A DNA stretch of 64,000 bases from Collinsella aerofaciens (GTDB lineage Bacteria; Actinomycetota; Coriobacteriia; Coriobacteriales; Coriobacteriaceae). The stretch spans positions 17,703 through 81,702 of the forward strand of contig DBFBCB010000037.1 in assembly GCA_048246715.1 (NCBI GenBank), read 5' to 3'. Below are positions 27,396-37,662 of the stretch, piece after piece (the stretch's first letter is position 1; each line of letters starts with the position of its first letter). The notes beneath the pieces were generated by a model that was not told where the DNA came from, did no database searches, and saw only the letters and a list, made by a program, of their open reading frames with translations. A program made the translations under genes and the position numbers.

Positions 27396-28115
27396 TTAAG
27401 CTTCCTTGCTCGGGAGCACCAGGAGGCGGTGGCAGTACGGGCAGTGCGTAATCTCGCTACCGTCGTGGTTGAGGTCGCTCATGGACGATGCCTGCAGCGC
27501 GGTGTGGCAGACCGTGGGGATGTTGCCCTGGATGGTCTCGACAGCCAGGCCGCGGAACTGCTTGAGCAGACGCTCGTAGTCGGTGAGAACGTCGGCCGGC
27601 AGCGTGGCAGCAAGCGCGGTGCGCTCCTTAGCGGCGGCGTCAATCTGAGCCTGCAGGTCGGCAGCCTTGGCGCGGGCGGCCTTGGTATCGGCCTTCACGC
27701 CCTCCTCGAACTTGGCGATGATTGCCTGCGTGCGGGCCTCGCGGTCGAGCGCCTCCTTATGGGCGACAACGACGTCCTTGCGGGTGTGCTCAATCTTGTC
27801 CAGACGCTTTGCCAGGGTGGCAAGCTCATTCTCCAGGTCCTGCACCTCGCGGTAATCAGAACCGTCGACGTGACGCTTCTTGGCAGCCTCGATGGCGTTG
27901 TTGGTCTGAATCTCGGTGGTATTGAGATCGTCGAGCTCAATGTCCAGATCCTTGCGCTGGGCGTAGAGCTTGGTCATCTCGGACTTGAGCTTCACATAGG
28001 TCTTGCGCTTGGAAGCGAGCTCCTTGAGCTCCGGCATATTGGCAAGTTCGCTCTTGTTGCGGGCGAGCTCCAAATCGATCTGTTGCAGCTTGAGTAGCGT
28101 AGCGCCGGCGCTCAT
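27396..28115 (-). CDS. COG1579/DUF164 coiled-coil protein with C-terminal zinc ribbon
   Basis: Long coiled coil and C-terminal C..H...CPYCHRLL. ATGA overlap with nif3. Typical nif3 neighbour. Confidence 0.75.
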   Translation of the reverse strand: MSAGATLLKLQQIDLELARNKSELANMPELKELASKRKTYVKLKSEMTKLYAQRKDLDIELDDLNTTEIQTNNAIEAAKKRHVDGSDYREVQDLENELATLAKRLDKIEHTRKDVVVAHKEALDREARTQAIIAKFEEGVKADTKAARAKAADLQAQIDAAAKERTALAATLPADVLTDYERLLKQFRGLAVETIQGNIPTVCHTALQASSMSDLNHDGSEITHCPYCHRLLVLPSKEA

Positions 28116-28921
28116 AAGTTCTCTCCTTTTGTCACAGTCCACCATTGGCAAGGGTTCAGTATTTTAATCGCATGACGGGGGTCGACCCCGGCGTCAACTG
28201 CAGAGTTCATCAATATATCAACGAACGGCTCCTCGGAGCGATCGTGTCCGAGCAAGATCACCGGCAGCCCGCGTAAGGCAAGGTCTTGCGCCACGTGGTA
28301 GCCCGCCTCGCCCGTCACGACAACGTCCGCGCCCGCGGCGATGGCAAGCTCTCCAAAGTCGCCCAGGGAGCCGCCCAAAATGGCGACGGTGCGGCACGGG
28401 CGATCAACTTCGCCCCACACACGCGGGTCGCTGCCGAAGGCTGTGGCAGCACGGGTGGCAAGATCGCGCAGCGTGCACGGGTCGTTGAGCGTTGCAAGCG
28501 CGCCCAGGCCGGTGGACTCGGGGTCGTCCACGTGCTCCAGTGAGCTCACGGGTGCGGCACCCAGCAGCTCGCTCAGGCAGACGCGGGCTTCGTGCGAGCG
28601 GTCCAGGTTGGTGTGGAGCGATATGATGCTCACGCCGCAACGCGCTGCCTCGTAGAGTGCCGCGCTGCACTGGGGGCGTGCGGCATCAGCTGGGCAAAAG
28701 GCCTCAGGAGCCTTGATATAGATAGGGTGATGCGTCAGCAGAACGTTGGCACCGGCCTCGAGAGCGCGGTGCACGTTGGTCTCGGTTGCATCGAGCGCAC
28801 AGGTCACGCCGGTGATCTCGGCGGCAGGGTCGCCCACGGATAAGCCTACGTGGTCCCAGGGCTCGGTGTCCGTCTTTGGATAGCGTGCCAGCAGAGCGCG
28901 CTCGAGCTCGGCGACGATCAT
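28112..28921 (-). CDS. Nif3-like dinuclear metal centre protein
   Basis: WDHVGLSVGDP and LLTHHPIYIK motifs. 269 aa. Confidence 0.85.
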   Translation of the reverse strand: MIVAELERALLARYPKTDTEPWDHVGLSVGDPAAEITGVTCALDATETNVHRALEAGANVLLTHHPIYIKAPEAFCPADAARPQCSAALYEAARCGVSIISLHTNLDRSHEARVCLSELLGAAPVSSLEHVDDPESTGLGALATLNDPCTLRDLATRAATAFGSDPRVWGEVDRPCRTVAILGGSLGDFGELAIAAGADVVVTGEAGYHVAQDLALRGLPVILLGHDRSEEPFVDILMNSAVDAGVDPRHAIKILNPCQWWTVTKGENL

Positions 28922-30096
28922 GCGACACCCACGATCGACAGCAGCGCTTGGGCAAAGTCGTCCAGATCGGCTGGGTTCACGCGGTCATCGAACGAGATTC
29001 GAAGAGCGCCGAGAGCTTGCTCGCGACCGATGCCCATCGCGCTCAAAACATGGCTCGGGTCCATGCTGCCGCTCGAGCAGGCGGAACCGGCCGATACCTC
29101 AAAGCCGGCGGCGTCTAGCTTGATGATGAGTTCCTCGGAGTCCATGCCGTCAATGTAGATCGATACCATGCCGGGCAGACGGTCGGCATGCGCATAGTCG
29201 CCCATGGTGGCGTGAATGCGCGGATGGGCCGTAAGCTTGGCGTAGAGCTTGTCGGAAAGGGCTTGCAGCTTTTCGCGCTCCTGAGCCACTTGGGGCACCA
29301 GCGTGCGGGCAGCAGCGGCAAAGGCTAGCTGCGTGCGCAGGTCCTGCGTGCCGGCGCGACGTCCGGCTTCCTGTCCGCCGCCAAAGATGCGGGGGCGCAG
29401 TGGCGTGCGGGTCTTAACGTAGAGCGCGCCGGATGCCACAGGACCGCCAATTTTGTGGGCCGCGACGGACATAGCATCGACGCCCAGCTCGGTGACATCG
29501 AGTGGAATGTGCAGATAGCCCTGGATAGCATCGGTGTGGAACACTGCGCCCACGGTATGAGCGGCCGAGGCAAGCTCGCGGATGGGCTGCACCACGCCGG
29601 TCTCGTTGTTGGCGACCATAATGCTCACGAGCGCCACGTCGTCGTCGAGCAGATCGACAAGCGCGGCAGGCTCAATGTAGCCCGCGCGGCAGGGCTGCAC
29701 CAGGTCGACGGTAAAGCCGGCGGCACGCAGCAGCGGCAGGTTGTCCAGAATCGAATCGTGCTCGATGGCCGAAACGATTACACGATCGCGCTTGCGATCG
29801 CGCTGACGAGCGCCCTCGGCAAGACCGAGCAGCGCCAGCTGGTTGGCTTCGGTGCCGCCGTTGGTCAGAACAATCTCGGACGGGCGGACGCGTGCGCCAA
29901 AGCTATGGGCGATCTCGCGACGGGCAACCTCCAGGCGCGCGGCGGCCTTGCGGCCGAGCGAGTGCAGCGAGTTGGGGTTGACGCCGGCAAGCTCGCTGTC
30001 GTCATATTCGCGCTGCGCAAGGAGCGCCTCGGCGCGCATGGGCGTCGAGGCGGCGTAGTCAAGATTCACGGGTATGCGGTTTTGACCTGCGGTCAT
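28918..30096 (-). CDS. cysteine desulfurase (class V aminotransferase, NifS/IscS-like)
   Basis: PLP lysine context SVAAHKIGGP, with GGTEAN and SAIEH motifs. Confidence 0.88.
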   Translation of the reverse strand: MTAGQNRIPVNLDYAASTPMRAEALLAQREYDDSELAGVNPNSLHSLGRKAAARLEVARREIAHSFGARVRPSEIVLTNGGTEANQLALLGLAEGARQRDRKRDRVIVSAIEHDSILDNLPLLRAAGFTVDLVQPCRAGYIEPAALVDLLDDDVALVSIMVANNETGVVQPIRELASAAHTVGAVFHTDAIQGYLHIPLDVTELGVDAMSVAAHKIGGPVASGALYVKTRTPLRPRIFGGGQEAGRRAGTQDLRTQLAFAAAARTLVPQVAQEREKLQALSDKLYAKLTAHPRIHATMGDYAHADRLPGMVSIYIDGMDSEELIIKLDAAGFEVSAGSACSSGSMDPSHVLSAMGIGREQALGALRISFDDRVNPADLDDFAQALLSIVGVA

Positions 30097-30102
30097 AAGG
30101 GT

Positions 30103-30774
30103 TTATGCCTCCTGTGCGGCCTCATTGCCCAGCTTCTGCAGCAGCGCAACCTCGGCGGCGGGATCTTCGGACTTAAATACGGCGGAGCCGGCCACGAGAA
30201 CGTTGGCACCAGCCTTGACGACCTCGGCAATGTTCTTGGAAGAAATGCCGCCGTCGACCTCGATCATGGGCGACACGCCGTGGCGCTCGCACATGGCCTT
30301 GAGCTCGTGCAGTTTGGCGATAGTGCCCGGGATAAAGCTCTGGCCGCCAAAGCCGGGGTTCACGCTCATCAGCAGCACCATATCGACGACGTCGATGATG
30401 CTCTCAAGTACGCACACGGGGGCGGCGGGGTTGAGCACCACGCCGGCCTTGACGCCGCGCTGCTGCAGGTGCGTGAGCGTGCGATGCAGGTGCGTGGAGG
30501 CCTCGTAGTGCACGGTGATCATGTCGGCACCGGCATCGGCGTACCAATCGACGGTCTCGTCGGGGTTCGACACCATGAGGTGCGCATCGACCGGCACGTT
30601 GGTGGAGCGCTTGACGGCCTTAAGGATGTCAACGCCAAAGGTCAGGTTGCCGGTAAAGTGGCCGTCCATAACGTCAAAGTGAACGTAGTCGGCGCCGGCG
30701 ATCTTGTCGAGCTCTCCCTTGAGGTTGGCCATGTCGGCCGAAAGGACGGACGGAGCGATTTTGATGGAACCCAT
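30103..30774 (-). CDS. rpe: ribulose-phosphate 3-epimerase
   Basis: IAPSVLSAD, HFDVMDGHF and MSVNPGFGGQ motifs. Confidence 0.93.
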   Translation of the reverse strand: MGSIKIAPSVLSADMANLKGELDKIAGADYVHFDVMDGHFTGNLTFGVDILKAVKRSTNVPVDAHLMVSNPDETVDWYADAGADMITVHYEASTHLHRTLTHLQQRGVKAGVVLNPAAPVCVLESIIDVVDMVLLMSVNPGFGGQSFIPGTIAKLHELKAMCERHGVSPMIEVDGGISSKNIAEVVKAGANVLVAGSAVFKSEDPAAEVALLQKLGNEAAQEA

Positions 30775-30792
30775 GGTAGTAGCCTTTCTACG

Positions 30793-31800
30793 CTAGTCGG
30801 TGAGTCCGTAGAACTCTTGAGAAGGGACGCGGTCGGTAAGAATCTCGAGCGCCCTATCCAAAGTAACACCGTTGTAGAGCGTTTGCTCCACGGCAAAGGT
30901 GAGCGGAATGTCTACGCCCAGTGAACGGGCAAGTTCGCTGACGCTGCGGGCCGCGACGGCGCCCTCGACAACCATATGCGTGCGCGTCTGGTACTCGTCG
31001 AGCGACACGCCGTGGGCAAACTCGTAGCCAAAGGTGCGGTTACGCGAATGCTCCGAGGTACAGGTGGCAATGAGGTCGCCCATGCCGGCAAGCCCCATGC
31101 AGGTCATAGCTTGACCGCCGCGGGCGTGCACCAGACGGCTGATCTCTGCCAGGCCGCGTGTCATGATAAGGGCGAGCGTGTTGTCGCCCGCACCGGTGCC
31201 GGCGGAGATGCCGCACACGATGGCGATGACGTTTTTCATGGCGCCGCAGACCTCGACACCGGTCATGTCCTGCGACAGGTAGATGCGGAAGGCCGTTGAC
31301 AGAAGCAGGTCCTTAAAGGTCTCCCCTATCTGTGGATCTTCGCTGGCGATGACGGCGGCAGAAAGACCTCCGCGGCAGATTTCCTCGGCATGGTTGGGGC
31401 CAGAAAGAGCCGCGACACGTGCCTCGTTGCCGATCTCGCTGGCGATGACCTCGCTCATGAGCAGGCCGGACTCGGGCTCAATGCCCTTTGTGAGGCAGAG
31501 CACCGGGGTATCGGCGGCGATAAAGGGCGCGGCTTGGTGGCACACGCTGCGAAGGTGCGTGGAGGGCACGGCAAAGATGATGGCCTCGGCGCCGTCAAGC
31601 GCCTGGGCCAGGTCCGTCGTAGCGACAACGTTTTCCGGCAGCACGTAGTCCACCAGATAGCGCGGGTTGCGGTGCTCGCCGTTGATGCCGGCGGCCGTCT
31701 GCTTGCCATGGGCCCACATGGTCACGCGCTCGGCTCGCGCGGCGGCAAGGCCGGCGACGGCGGTTCCCCAGGAGCCAGAGCCAATTAGCGCAACATTCAT
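30793..31800 (-). CDS. gpsA: NAD(P)H-dependent glycerol-3-phosphate dehydrogenase
   Basis: N-terminal IGSGSWGTA Rossmann motif and GALKNVIAI-like motif (GAMKNVIAI). Confidence 0.93.
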   Translation of the reverse strand: MNVALIGSGSWGTAVAGLAAARAERVTMWAHGKQTAAGINGEHRNPRYLVDYVLPENVVATTDLAQALDGAEAIIFAVPSTHLRSVCHQAAPFIAADTPVLCLTKGIEPESGLLMSEVIASEIGNEARVAALSGPNHAEEICRGGLSAAVIASEDPQIGETFKDLLLSTAFRIYLSQDMTGVEVCGAMKNVIAIVCGISAGTGAGDNTLALIMTRGLAEISRLVHARGGQAMTCMGLAGMGDLIATCTSEHSRNRTFGYEFAHGVSLDEYQTRTHMVVEGAVAARSVSELARSLGVDIPLTFAVEQTLYNGVTLDRALEILTDRVPSQEFYGLTD

Positions 31801-31809
31801 GACTCTCTC

Positions 31810-32493
31810 CTACTTATCGTCGGGCTCGGTGACGCGCTTGGTAAACGAGAGCTTGGACTCCTTACCGGTCATGAGCCTTTTAATGTTCGCGCGATGGGCC
31901 CACACCACGGTGATGCCGATCATCGCCATGCAAAACTTGAGTCCCAGGCTGCTGTACGGAAAGACCGCGCAGGCAGCGATGGGAAGACCGATGGCGGCGG
32001 CAAGCGAGCCCACCGACACAAACTTGGTGATGGCGACGGCCACGATAAACATGCCCAGCAGCGAAAGCCCAATGGGCCAGTACCATGCGAGGATTACGCC
32101 CAGACCGACCGCGATGCCCTTGCCGCCATGGAAGTTGAGGTAGGGCGAGAAGATATGGCCCCATACGGCCGCCAGGCAGATGACGCCGAGCATCCAATCG
32201 CCGGCGGCACCGGGGGCCATAATGCTCACGGGGAAGCCATAGCCCAAGTCGGCAATGAGCGGACGCGCGATAAGGACGCAGATGGCGCCCTTAAGGCAGT
32301 CGAGCAGCAGCGTGAGCGCGGCCACCTTGGGGCCGGCCACGCGCAGGGCGTTGGTGGTGCCGATGTTGCCGGAGCCCGCCTTACGAATGTCCGTGTGGTT
32401 GAACACGCGGCCCAGGATCAGGCCAAACGGAATCGCCCCGATAAAGAACGAGACCACGGCGCAGATGGCGGTCAGCAGAATCGGATTATGCAT
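31810..32493 (-). CDS. plsY: glycerol-3-phosphate acyltransferase PlsY
   Basis: GSGNIGTTNALR and FHGGKGIA motifs. Start trimmed to MHNPILL. Confidence 0.92.
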   Translation of the reverse strand: MHNPILLTAICAVVSFFIGAIPFGLILGRVFNHTDIRKAGSGNIGTTNALRVAGPKVAALTLLLDCLKGAICVLIARPLIADLGYGFPVSIMAPGAAGDWMLGVICLAAVWGHIFSPYLNFHGGKGIAVGLGVILAWYWPIGLSLLGMFIVAVAITKFVSVGSLAAAIGLPIAACAVFPYSSLGLKFCMAMIGITVVWAHRANIKRLMTGKESKLSFTKRVTEPDDK

Positions 32494-33820
32494 CCTTTTG
32501 CTCCTTCTTCCTAAAGAAGAGTCGAATGGGTGTGCCGGCAAAGTCGAAGGTCGAGCGCATGCGGTTCTCGATGTAGCGCTGATAGGTGTCGTTGACCAGA
32601 TCGCTGTGGTTGACGAAGAACGTGAACGTCGGCGGGTTGACGCCCGTCTGGGTCACGTAGTGCATGCGCAGGCGGCGCTTGCCGTCCACCACGGTATGAC
32701 CGAACTCGCGCAGATCGGTGAGGAACGTGTTGAGGCGCGAGGTGCTAATCTTCTGCGAGCGCGTCTTTTCGGCGGCGTCGACCATCGCCCAGATCTTCTC
32801 GACGCTGCGGCCAGTGAGGGCAGAGATGCGCAGGTACTGGGCCCAGGGAGCCATGACGCCCAGACGGCGGTCGATGGTCTCCATGCAGGCCTCGCGCTTG
32901 CGGTCATCGTCGAGCAGGTCCCACTTGTTGAGCAGCACCACGATGGCGCAGCCGCGCTCGATGGCCAAGCCCATGACCTTCTGGTCCTGCTCGGTGACGC
33001 CCACGGAGGCGTCGACGACGAGCAGCGCCACGTCGGCGCGGTCGATGGCGCGCAGGCCGCGGACCATCGAGTAGTACTCGATGTTTTCGTACACGGTGCT
33101 CTTCTTGCGGATGCCCGCGGTGTCGACCATGCGGTAGTGCTTGCCGTTACGCTCGACGACCGTGTCGATGGCGTCGCGCGTCGTGCCGGCAATGTTGGAC
33201 ACGATAGAGCGGTCGGCGCCCAGGATGCGGTTGAACAGCGACGACTTACCGGCGTTGGGACGGCCGATGATGGCGACGTTCAGTGCGTCGGGGAACTCAT
33301 CGGCGACCTCGTCCTCTTCCTCCGGAAGCAGGGCCACGATGTCATCGAGCAGGTCGCCCGTGCCGTGGCCATGCAGGGCCGAGAGCGGCGTGGGCTCGCC
33401 GATGCCGAGCGAATAGAACTCCCAGATGCTGTCGTTTTCGCGATCGGGGTTGTCGAGCTTGTTCACCAGCAGAAAGACCGGCTTGTCGCAGCGCTTGAGC
33501 ATGCGGGCGACCGACTCGTCCTCCTCGGTGACGCCGGTGCGGCCATCGACCACAAACAGGATGACGGCGGCTTCCTCGGCGGCGGCGAGCGCCTGGTCGC
33601 GGATGGACGTGGCAAAGACGTCGTCGCTCTTGAGCGGCTCGATACCGCCCGTGTCGACGATGGTGAACTCACGGCCGTTCCAATCGGCCGTGTGATAGGA
33701 GCGGTCGCGCGTGACGCCGCGGGACTCGTGGACGATGGCGTCCGAGGTCTGGGCCAGGCGGTTAACGAGCGTGGACTTGCCCACGTTGGGGCGTCCGACG
33801 ACGGCGACGATAGGTTTCAT
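32486..33820 (-). CDS. der: ribosome biogenesis GTPase Der (EngA)
   Basis: Two G domains (GRPNVGKSTLVN and GRPNAGKSSLFN) plus a KH-like C-terminus. Start at MKPIVAVVG with RBS AAAGGAGAG. Confidence 0.94.
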   Translation of the reverse strand: MKPIVAVVGRPNVGKSTLVNRLAQTSDAIVHESRGVTRDRSYHTADWNGREFTIVDTGGIEPLKSDDVFATSIRDQALAAAEEAAVILFVVDGRTGVTEEDESVARMLKRCDKPVFLLVNKLDNPDRENDSIWEFYSLGIGEPTPLSALHGHGTGDLLDDIVALLPEEEDEVADEFPDALNVAIIGRPNAGKSSLFNRILGADRSIVSNIAGTTRDAIDTVVERNGKHYRMVDTAGIRKKSTVYENIEYYSMVRGLRAIDRADVALLVVDASVGVTEQDQKVMGLAIERGCAIVVLLNKWDLLDDDRKREACMETIDRRLGVMAPWAQYLRISALTGRSVEKIWAMVDAAEKTRSQKISTSRLNTFLTDLREFGHTVVDGKRRLRMHYVTQTGVNPPTFTFFVNHSDLVNDTYQRYIENRMRSTFDFAGTPIRLFFRKKEQKDA

Positions 33821-33830
33821 CTGCTCTCCT

Positions 33831-35273
33831 TTAATGGGTAGGGTCAGTGGAAATGTTAGAGTCTGCGGGCACAATGCCAAGGATGCGCTCCAGGGTATCG
33901 AGCAGCTCATGCGGCATCGTCGACACCACATGAACCTCGGCGCCACGGTGGTTAAGGCTTGCGAGTAAATCGTCACGATGATACTCGTCAAGCGTCATGC
34001 CGTCAGCGTTGAACATGAGCTTAGGCACAAAGAGCATAACCCCCGACAGATCTTGGGGCAGCTGCTCCAGAATGTCACACGCGACGATGAGGCCGGTCAC
34101 GTCCACGTTGCCGCCAAAGTAGCGGTTCTTGATGGCTGTGACGGTGCCGGCGAGACCATACGGCGACTCCACAAAGCGCGCCACGGTGTCGCGCGCGCTG
34201 GCGCCGGAGAGGCACAGAAGGCGCTGGTTGCGCTCGGCGATGCCAGCGCGGACGCGGGCCAGACGCTCGGCGTCGGCGGCAAGCACGTCGTCGGTCTCGT
34301 CCAGATACGAGCGGATCATGCCAATGCCGTCGTAGTACTGCGGGTAACCGTCGTAAAAGTCTGCCTCGGGAGGATCGATGCCGGCGTCCAGATAGAACTC
34401 GTCGCTCATCTGGAAGGTGTGGCGTCCAAAGCGCTCATAGGCGCGGTCCTGGTAGGGACGGATCATGGCAATGGTCTCGCGCGCTAGCTCAGGCTTGTCG
34501 CTGTAGGACCAGCTAAAACGGTTTTGATGCTTGGTAAAACCGAGCGGCACAATGCCCAGGCTTGTGATTTGCTCGTGCTCCTCGCAAAAGCGCAGGGTCT
34601 TTTCCAGCTCCTCGCCGTCGTTCATGCCGGGGCACAACACAATCTGCGCGTGAATCTCGATGCCGGCGGCCATGACGGCCTCGAGCACATCCATGCCGCG
34701 CTGGGCGTTGCGGCCCATCATGCGGCGGCGGACGTCGGGGCTTACGGCATGGACCGACACGTTCATGGGGCTCATGTTGCGCTGGATGACGTTTTGCACG
34801 TCCTCGTCAGTGAGGTTCGTGAGCGTGACAAAGTTGCCCTGCAAAAAGCTCAGGCGATAGTCGTCGTCGCGAATATAGAGCGTGGAGCGGCCGCCCTTGG
34901 GCAGCATGGTCATAAAGCAAAACACGCAGGCGTTCACACAGGTACGCATGCCGTCGAAGATGGGGCCGTCGAACTCCAGGCCCCAGTCCTCGCCCGGGAA
35001 GCGGTCGAGCTCCACGGGCGTGACGGTGTTGTCGCGCGGGTCGAAAACCTCCAGCTCGACGGTGTCGTCGTCGGCTTCCCAGAGCCAAACTATCATGTCG
35101 GTGAGCGCCTCACCGTTGACCGTGAGCACGCGCATGCCCGGCTCGATACCCACATCCCACGCGGGCGATTCGGGACGCACGTTCTTTACGAGCGCGCCCT
35201 CACCCGGCTCGGGGTCGCGGCTGCGCCCGTAATCGGCCACCTCGGCGGCGTATGCGGGTACGGTCTGGTCCAT
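33831..35273 (-). CDS. DUF512 domain protein (PDZ + radical-SAM-like + DUF512)
   Basis: CVNACVFCF cysteine motif and LSFLQGNFVTLTNL. Start at MDQTV, right after the ispH stop. Confidence 0.8.
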   Translation of the reverse strand: MDQTVPAYAAEVADYGRSRDPEPGEGALVKNVRPESPAWDVGIEPGMRVLTVNGEALTDMIVWLWEADDDTVELEVFDPRDNTVTPVELDRFPGEDWGLEFDGPIFDGMRTCVNACVFCFMTMLPKGGRSTLYIRDDDYRLSFLQGNFVTLTNLTDEDVQNVIQRNMSPMNVSVHAVSPDVRRRMMGRNAQRGMDVLEAVMAAGIEIHAQIVLCPGMNDGEELEKTLRFCEEHEQITSLGIVPLGFTKHQNRFSWSYSDKPELARETIAMIRPYQDRAYERFGRHTFQMSDEFYLDAGIDPPEADFYDGYPQYYDGIGMIRSYLDETDDVLAADAERLARVRAGIAERNQRLLCLSGASARDTVARFVESPYGLAGTVTAIKNRYFGGNVDVTGLIVACDILEQLPQDLSGVMLFVPKLMFNADGMTLDEYHRDDLLASLNHRGAEVHVVSTMPHELLDTLERILGIVPADSNISTDPTH

Positions 35274-35275
35274 GG

Positions 35276-36175
35276 TTAGCGGCAAAGCTCCTTGATGCGC
35301 TCGACGGCGCGCTCGATGTGTTCTTGCGGGGTGGAGGCTCCGGCGGTGATGCCGATGTGGTGAGCGTCGGTAAACCACGCGGCCTGGAGCTCGGAAGCTT
35401 CCTCGATGTGATGCGTGTGCTCGCAGGTGTCTGCGCAAATCTGAGCCAGGCGGCGGGTGTTGCCCGAGTTCTTGCCACCCACGACGACCATGCAATCACA
35501 GCGTTTGGCAAGTGATGCGGCTGCCTGCTGGCGCTCGCTCGTGGCGGCGCAGATGGTGCTGATCACGCGCAGCTCCTGCACGCGCGGGGTGATGGCAGCC
35601 ACGACCTCGGCGAGGTTCTGCGCGGTCTGGGTGGTCTGCACGACGAGGCCCACCTTGCCCCTGAGCGACAAGGCGTTGGCGTCAGCGGCACAGCTCACGA
35701 CCTGCGCATCGTCGCCGGCGTGACCCAGAATGCCCTCGACCTCGGGATGCCCCGGCTCACCCACGACCACCATGCGATAGCCCTCGCGCACCAGGCGCTC
35801 CGCTGCAACATGGACCTTCTTCACGTAGGGACAGGTGGCGTCGACCACGTTGAGGCCGCGCTTGCGGGCAGCATCGATGACCTGCGGCACCACGCCGTGG
35901 GCGCGGATGATCACGGTGCCGGTTGCGGCGTCGTCCAGGGTTTCGGCCAAGCCAACGCCTGCCTCAGCGAGCTCGCGTACCACGATGGGGTTATGGATGA
36001 GCGGCCCCAAGGTATGGACCTGAGCGCACTCACCTGCCTGCGGTGCGGCGGCTAGCGCCATATCGAGCGCGCGCTGCACGCCGTAGCAAGTGCCGGCGTG
36101 GGCTGCGATCTCGATGGTGGGGGCGTCTGCCTTTCCGGCCACAGCCTCGGCAGTGTTCATGACTTCCTCGCCCAT
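35276..36175 (-). CDS. ispH: 4-hydroxy-3-methylbut-2-enyl diphosphate reductase
   Basis: GTCYGVQRA, LGPLIHNP and TCPYV motifs. Start uncertain (36175 or 36160). Confidence 0.92.
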   Translation of the reverse strand: MGEEVMNTAEAVAGKADAPTIEIAAHAGTCYGVQRALDMALAAAPQAGECAQVHTLGPLIHNPIVVRELAEAGVGLAETLDDAATGTVIIRAHGVVPQVIDAARKRGLNVVDATCPYVKKVHVAAERLVREGYRMVVVGEPGHPEVEGILGHAGDDAQVVSCAADANALSLRGKVGLVVQTTQTAQNLAEVVAAITPRVQELRVISTICAATSERQQAAASLAKRCDCMVVVGGKNSGNTRRLAQICADTCEHTHHIEEASELQAAWFTDAHHIGITAGASTPQEHIERAVERIKELCR

Positions 36176-36177
36176 GG

Positions 36178-36906
36178 CTAGAACCTGCCCGGGTGTTCGG
36201 CGCACAGGTCGTCGCGCATGGCGTAGACGCGGTTCATGGCTTCGGACTCAAACCATGCCAGGCGCTCCTTGCGCTTGAGCTCGGCCGGAGCATCGGATAG
36301 CGAGACGGCCTTGCCGGCGCGGATCCAGCACTTTTTGGGGCGCATGAGCTTTTTGCCTGCAGGCGTGATATCGGACCAGCCGCAGATGGCGAGCGGGTTG
36401 ACGGGTGCCTTACCCATCTGGGCGATGAGCGCAAATCCGCCGTGGACCTCGGGCTTGATCTCGCGCGAGCGGATGCGCGTGCCCTCGGGGAAAATCAGGA
36501 CGTCCTCGCCGCGTTGCAGCGCATGCTGGGCGGCGCGCAGGCACTTCATGTCGGCGGTGCCGCGCTCGACGGGAATACCGCCCACGCGGCTAAAGGCCCA
36601 GCGCACGATCTTGGTCTTGGCGAACTCGGATTTAAAGATGGGGCGGATGCGGCGGCCGCCAAAGAACAGTGCCGTCTCCACGGCCAGCAACTCGGCCATC
36701 GAGGTGTGGTTGCAGATGACCACGCTGCCGCGGCCTTCCTGGCGCTCAAACAGCAGGTCGGCGTCCTCGACCTTCCAGCGCCACATGAGCTTGGAGAAGA
36801 CCCACAGGATGCCCATGACCACGACGACGGTGCCGCGGATGAGCGCCGGGAACTCGGCGTAGGGGGCGTTGTAGTAATCCTCGGGCGTCTGCTTAAACAG
36901 GCGCAT
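36178..36906 (-). CDS. plsC: 1-acyl-sn-glycerol-3-phosphate acyltransferase family protein
   Basis: NHTSMAE (H-x4-D/E block) and FPEGTR motifs. Confidence 0.85.
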   Translation of the reverse strand: MRLFKQTPEDYYNAPYAEFPALIRGTVVVVMGILWVFSKLMWRWKVEDADLLFERQEGRGSVVICNHTSMAELLAVETALFFGGRRIRPIFKSEFAKTKIVRWAFSRVGGIPVERGTADMKCLRAAQHALQRGEDVLIFPEGTRIRSREIKPEVHGGFALIAQMGKAPVNPLAICGWSDITPAGKKLMRPKKCWIRAGKAVSLSDAPAELKRKERLAWFESEAMNRVYAMRDDLCAEHPGRF

Positions 36907-36909
36907 GTG

Positions 36910-37596
36910 CTACCTCCTTTGGTTGATGAGGTCCTCGATGATCGAGACGACCTCATCGATGGTGTGAGCGGTGGAGTCGACGTGCACGGCGTCCTCGGCG
37001 GGAACGAGCGGCGCGACCTCGCGGCTGCTGTCGAGCTTATCGCGCTGCTTGAGGGCGTCGAGGGTCTCGTCGACCTCTGCCTCGAGCCGCTCTTCGGTGA
37101 GCGGCTGGGCGTCGTTTTGGTGGCGCTGCAGCACGCGGCGACGGGCGCGCTCGCGCGGGTCGGCGGTCAGGAACACCTTGACCTGCGCGTTGGGAAACAC
37201 GACGGTGCCGATGTCGCGACCCTCGGCGACGATATCGCGGTCCTCGGCGGCGCGGCGCTGGTGGATGAGCATGGCGGCACGCACGCCCGGGTAGGCCGAG
37301 ACCTTGGATACGTTGGCGTCGACCTGCGGGGTGCGGATGGCGGCTGAGGCGTCCTTACCGTCGATGGTCAGGCGCGTGTCCTCGCCGGTGCCGTTGGTAA
37401 AACGAATCTCGATCTGCTTGGCGAGGGCGTCGATGGCCGCCTCGTCGTCCAGGTCGATGCCGCGGTCGAGCGCGGCGAAAGTGACGGCGCGATACATGGC
37501 GCCCGTGTCGAGCTTGTTAAAGCCCAGCTGGCGGGCGATCTCCTTGGCGATAGTGGACTTGCCGGAACCGGCGGGGCCGTCGATGGCGACGATCAT
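36910..37596 (-). CDS. cmk: cytidylate kinase
   Basis: IVAIDGPAGSGKSTIAKEIA ... DTGAMYR. Confidence 0.94.
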   Translation of the reverse strand: MIVAIDGPAGSGKSTIAKEIARQLGFNKLDTGAMYRAVTFAALDRGIDLDDEAAIDALAKQIEIRFTNGTGEDTRLTIDGKDASAAIRTPQVDANVSKVSAYPGVRAAMLIHQRRAAEDRDIVAEGRDIGTVVFPNAQVKVFLTADPRERARRRVLQRHQNDAQPLTEERLEAEVDETLDALKQRDKLDSSREVAPLVPAEDAVHVDSTAHTIDEVVSIIEDLINQRR

Positions 37597-37662
37597 GCAA
37601 TGCTTCCTTTCGGTGGTTGACGTGCTGGTATGGGACGCGAGCGCTGTTGCTTGGTGTACTGG

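Noticed and set aside
29455-30924. Very long plus-strand ORFs (489 aa here; also 32255-33841 at 528 aa, 8351-9433, 37891-38766 and 36442-37347) opposite well-supported minus-strand genes.
   Set aside because: These are typical antisense shadow ORFs of high-GC DNA. They are Arg/Ala/Gly/His-rich low-complexity translations with no motifs, and each fully overlaps a gene with clear family signatures.
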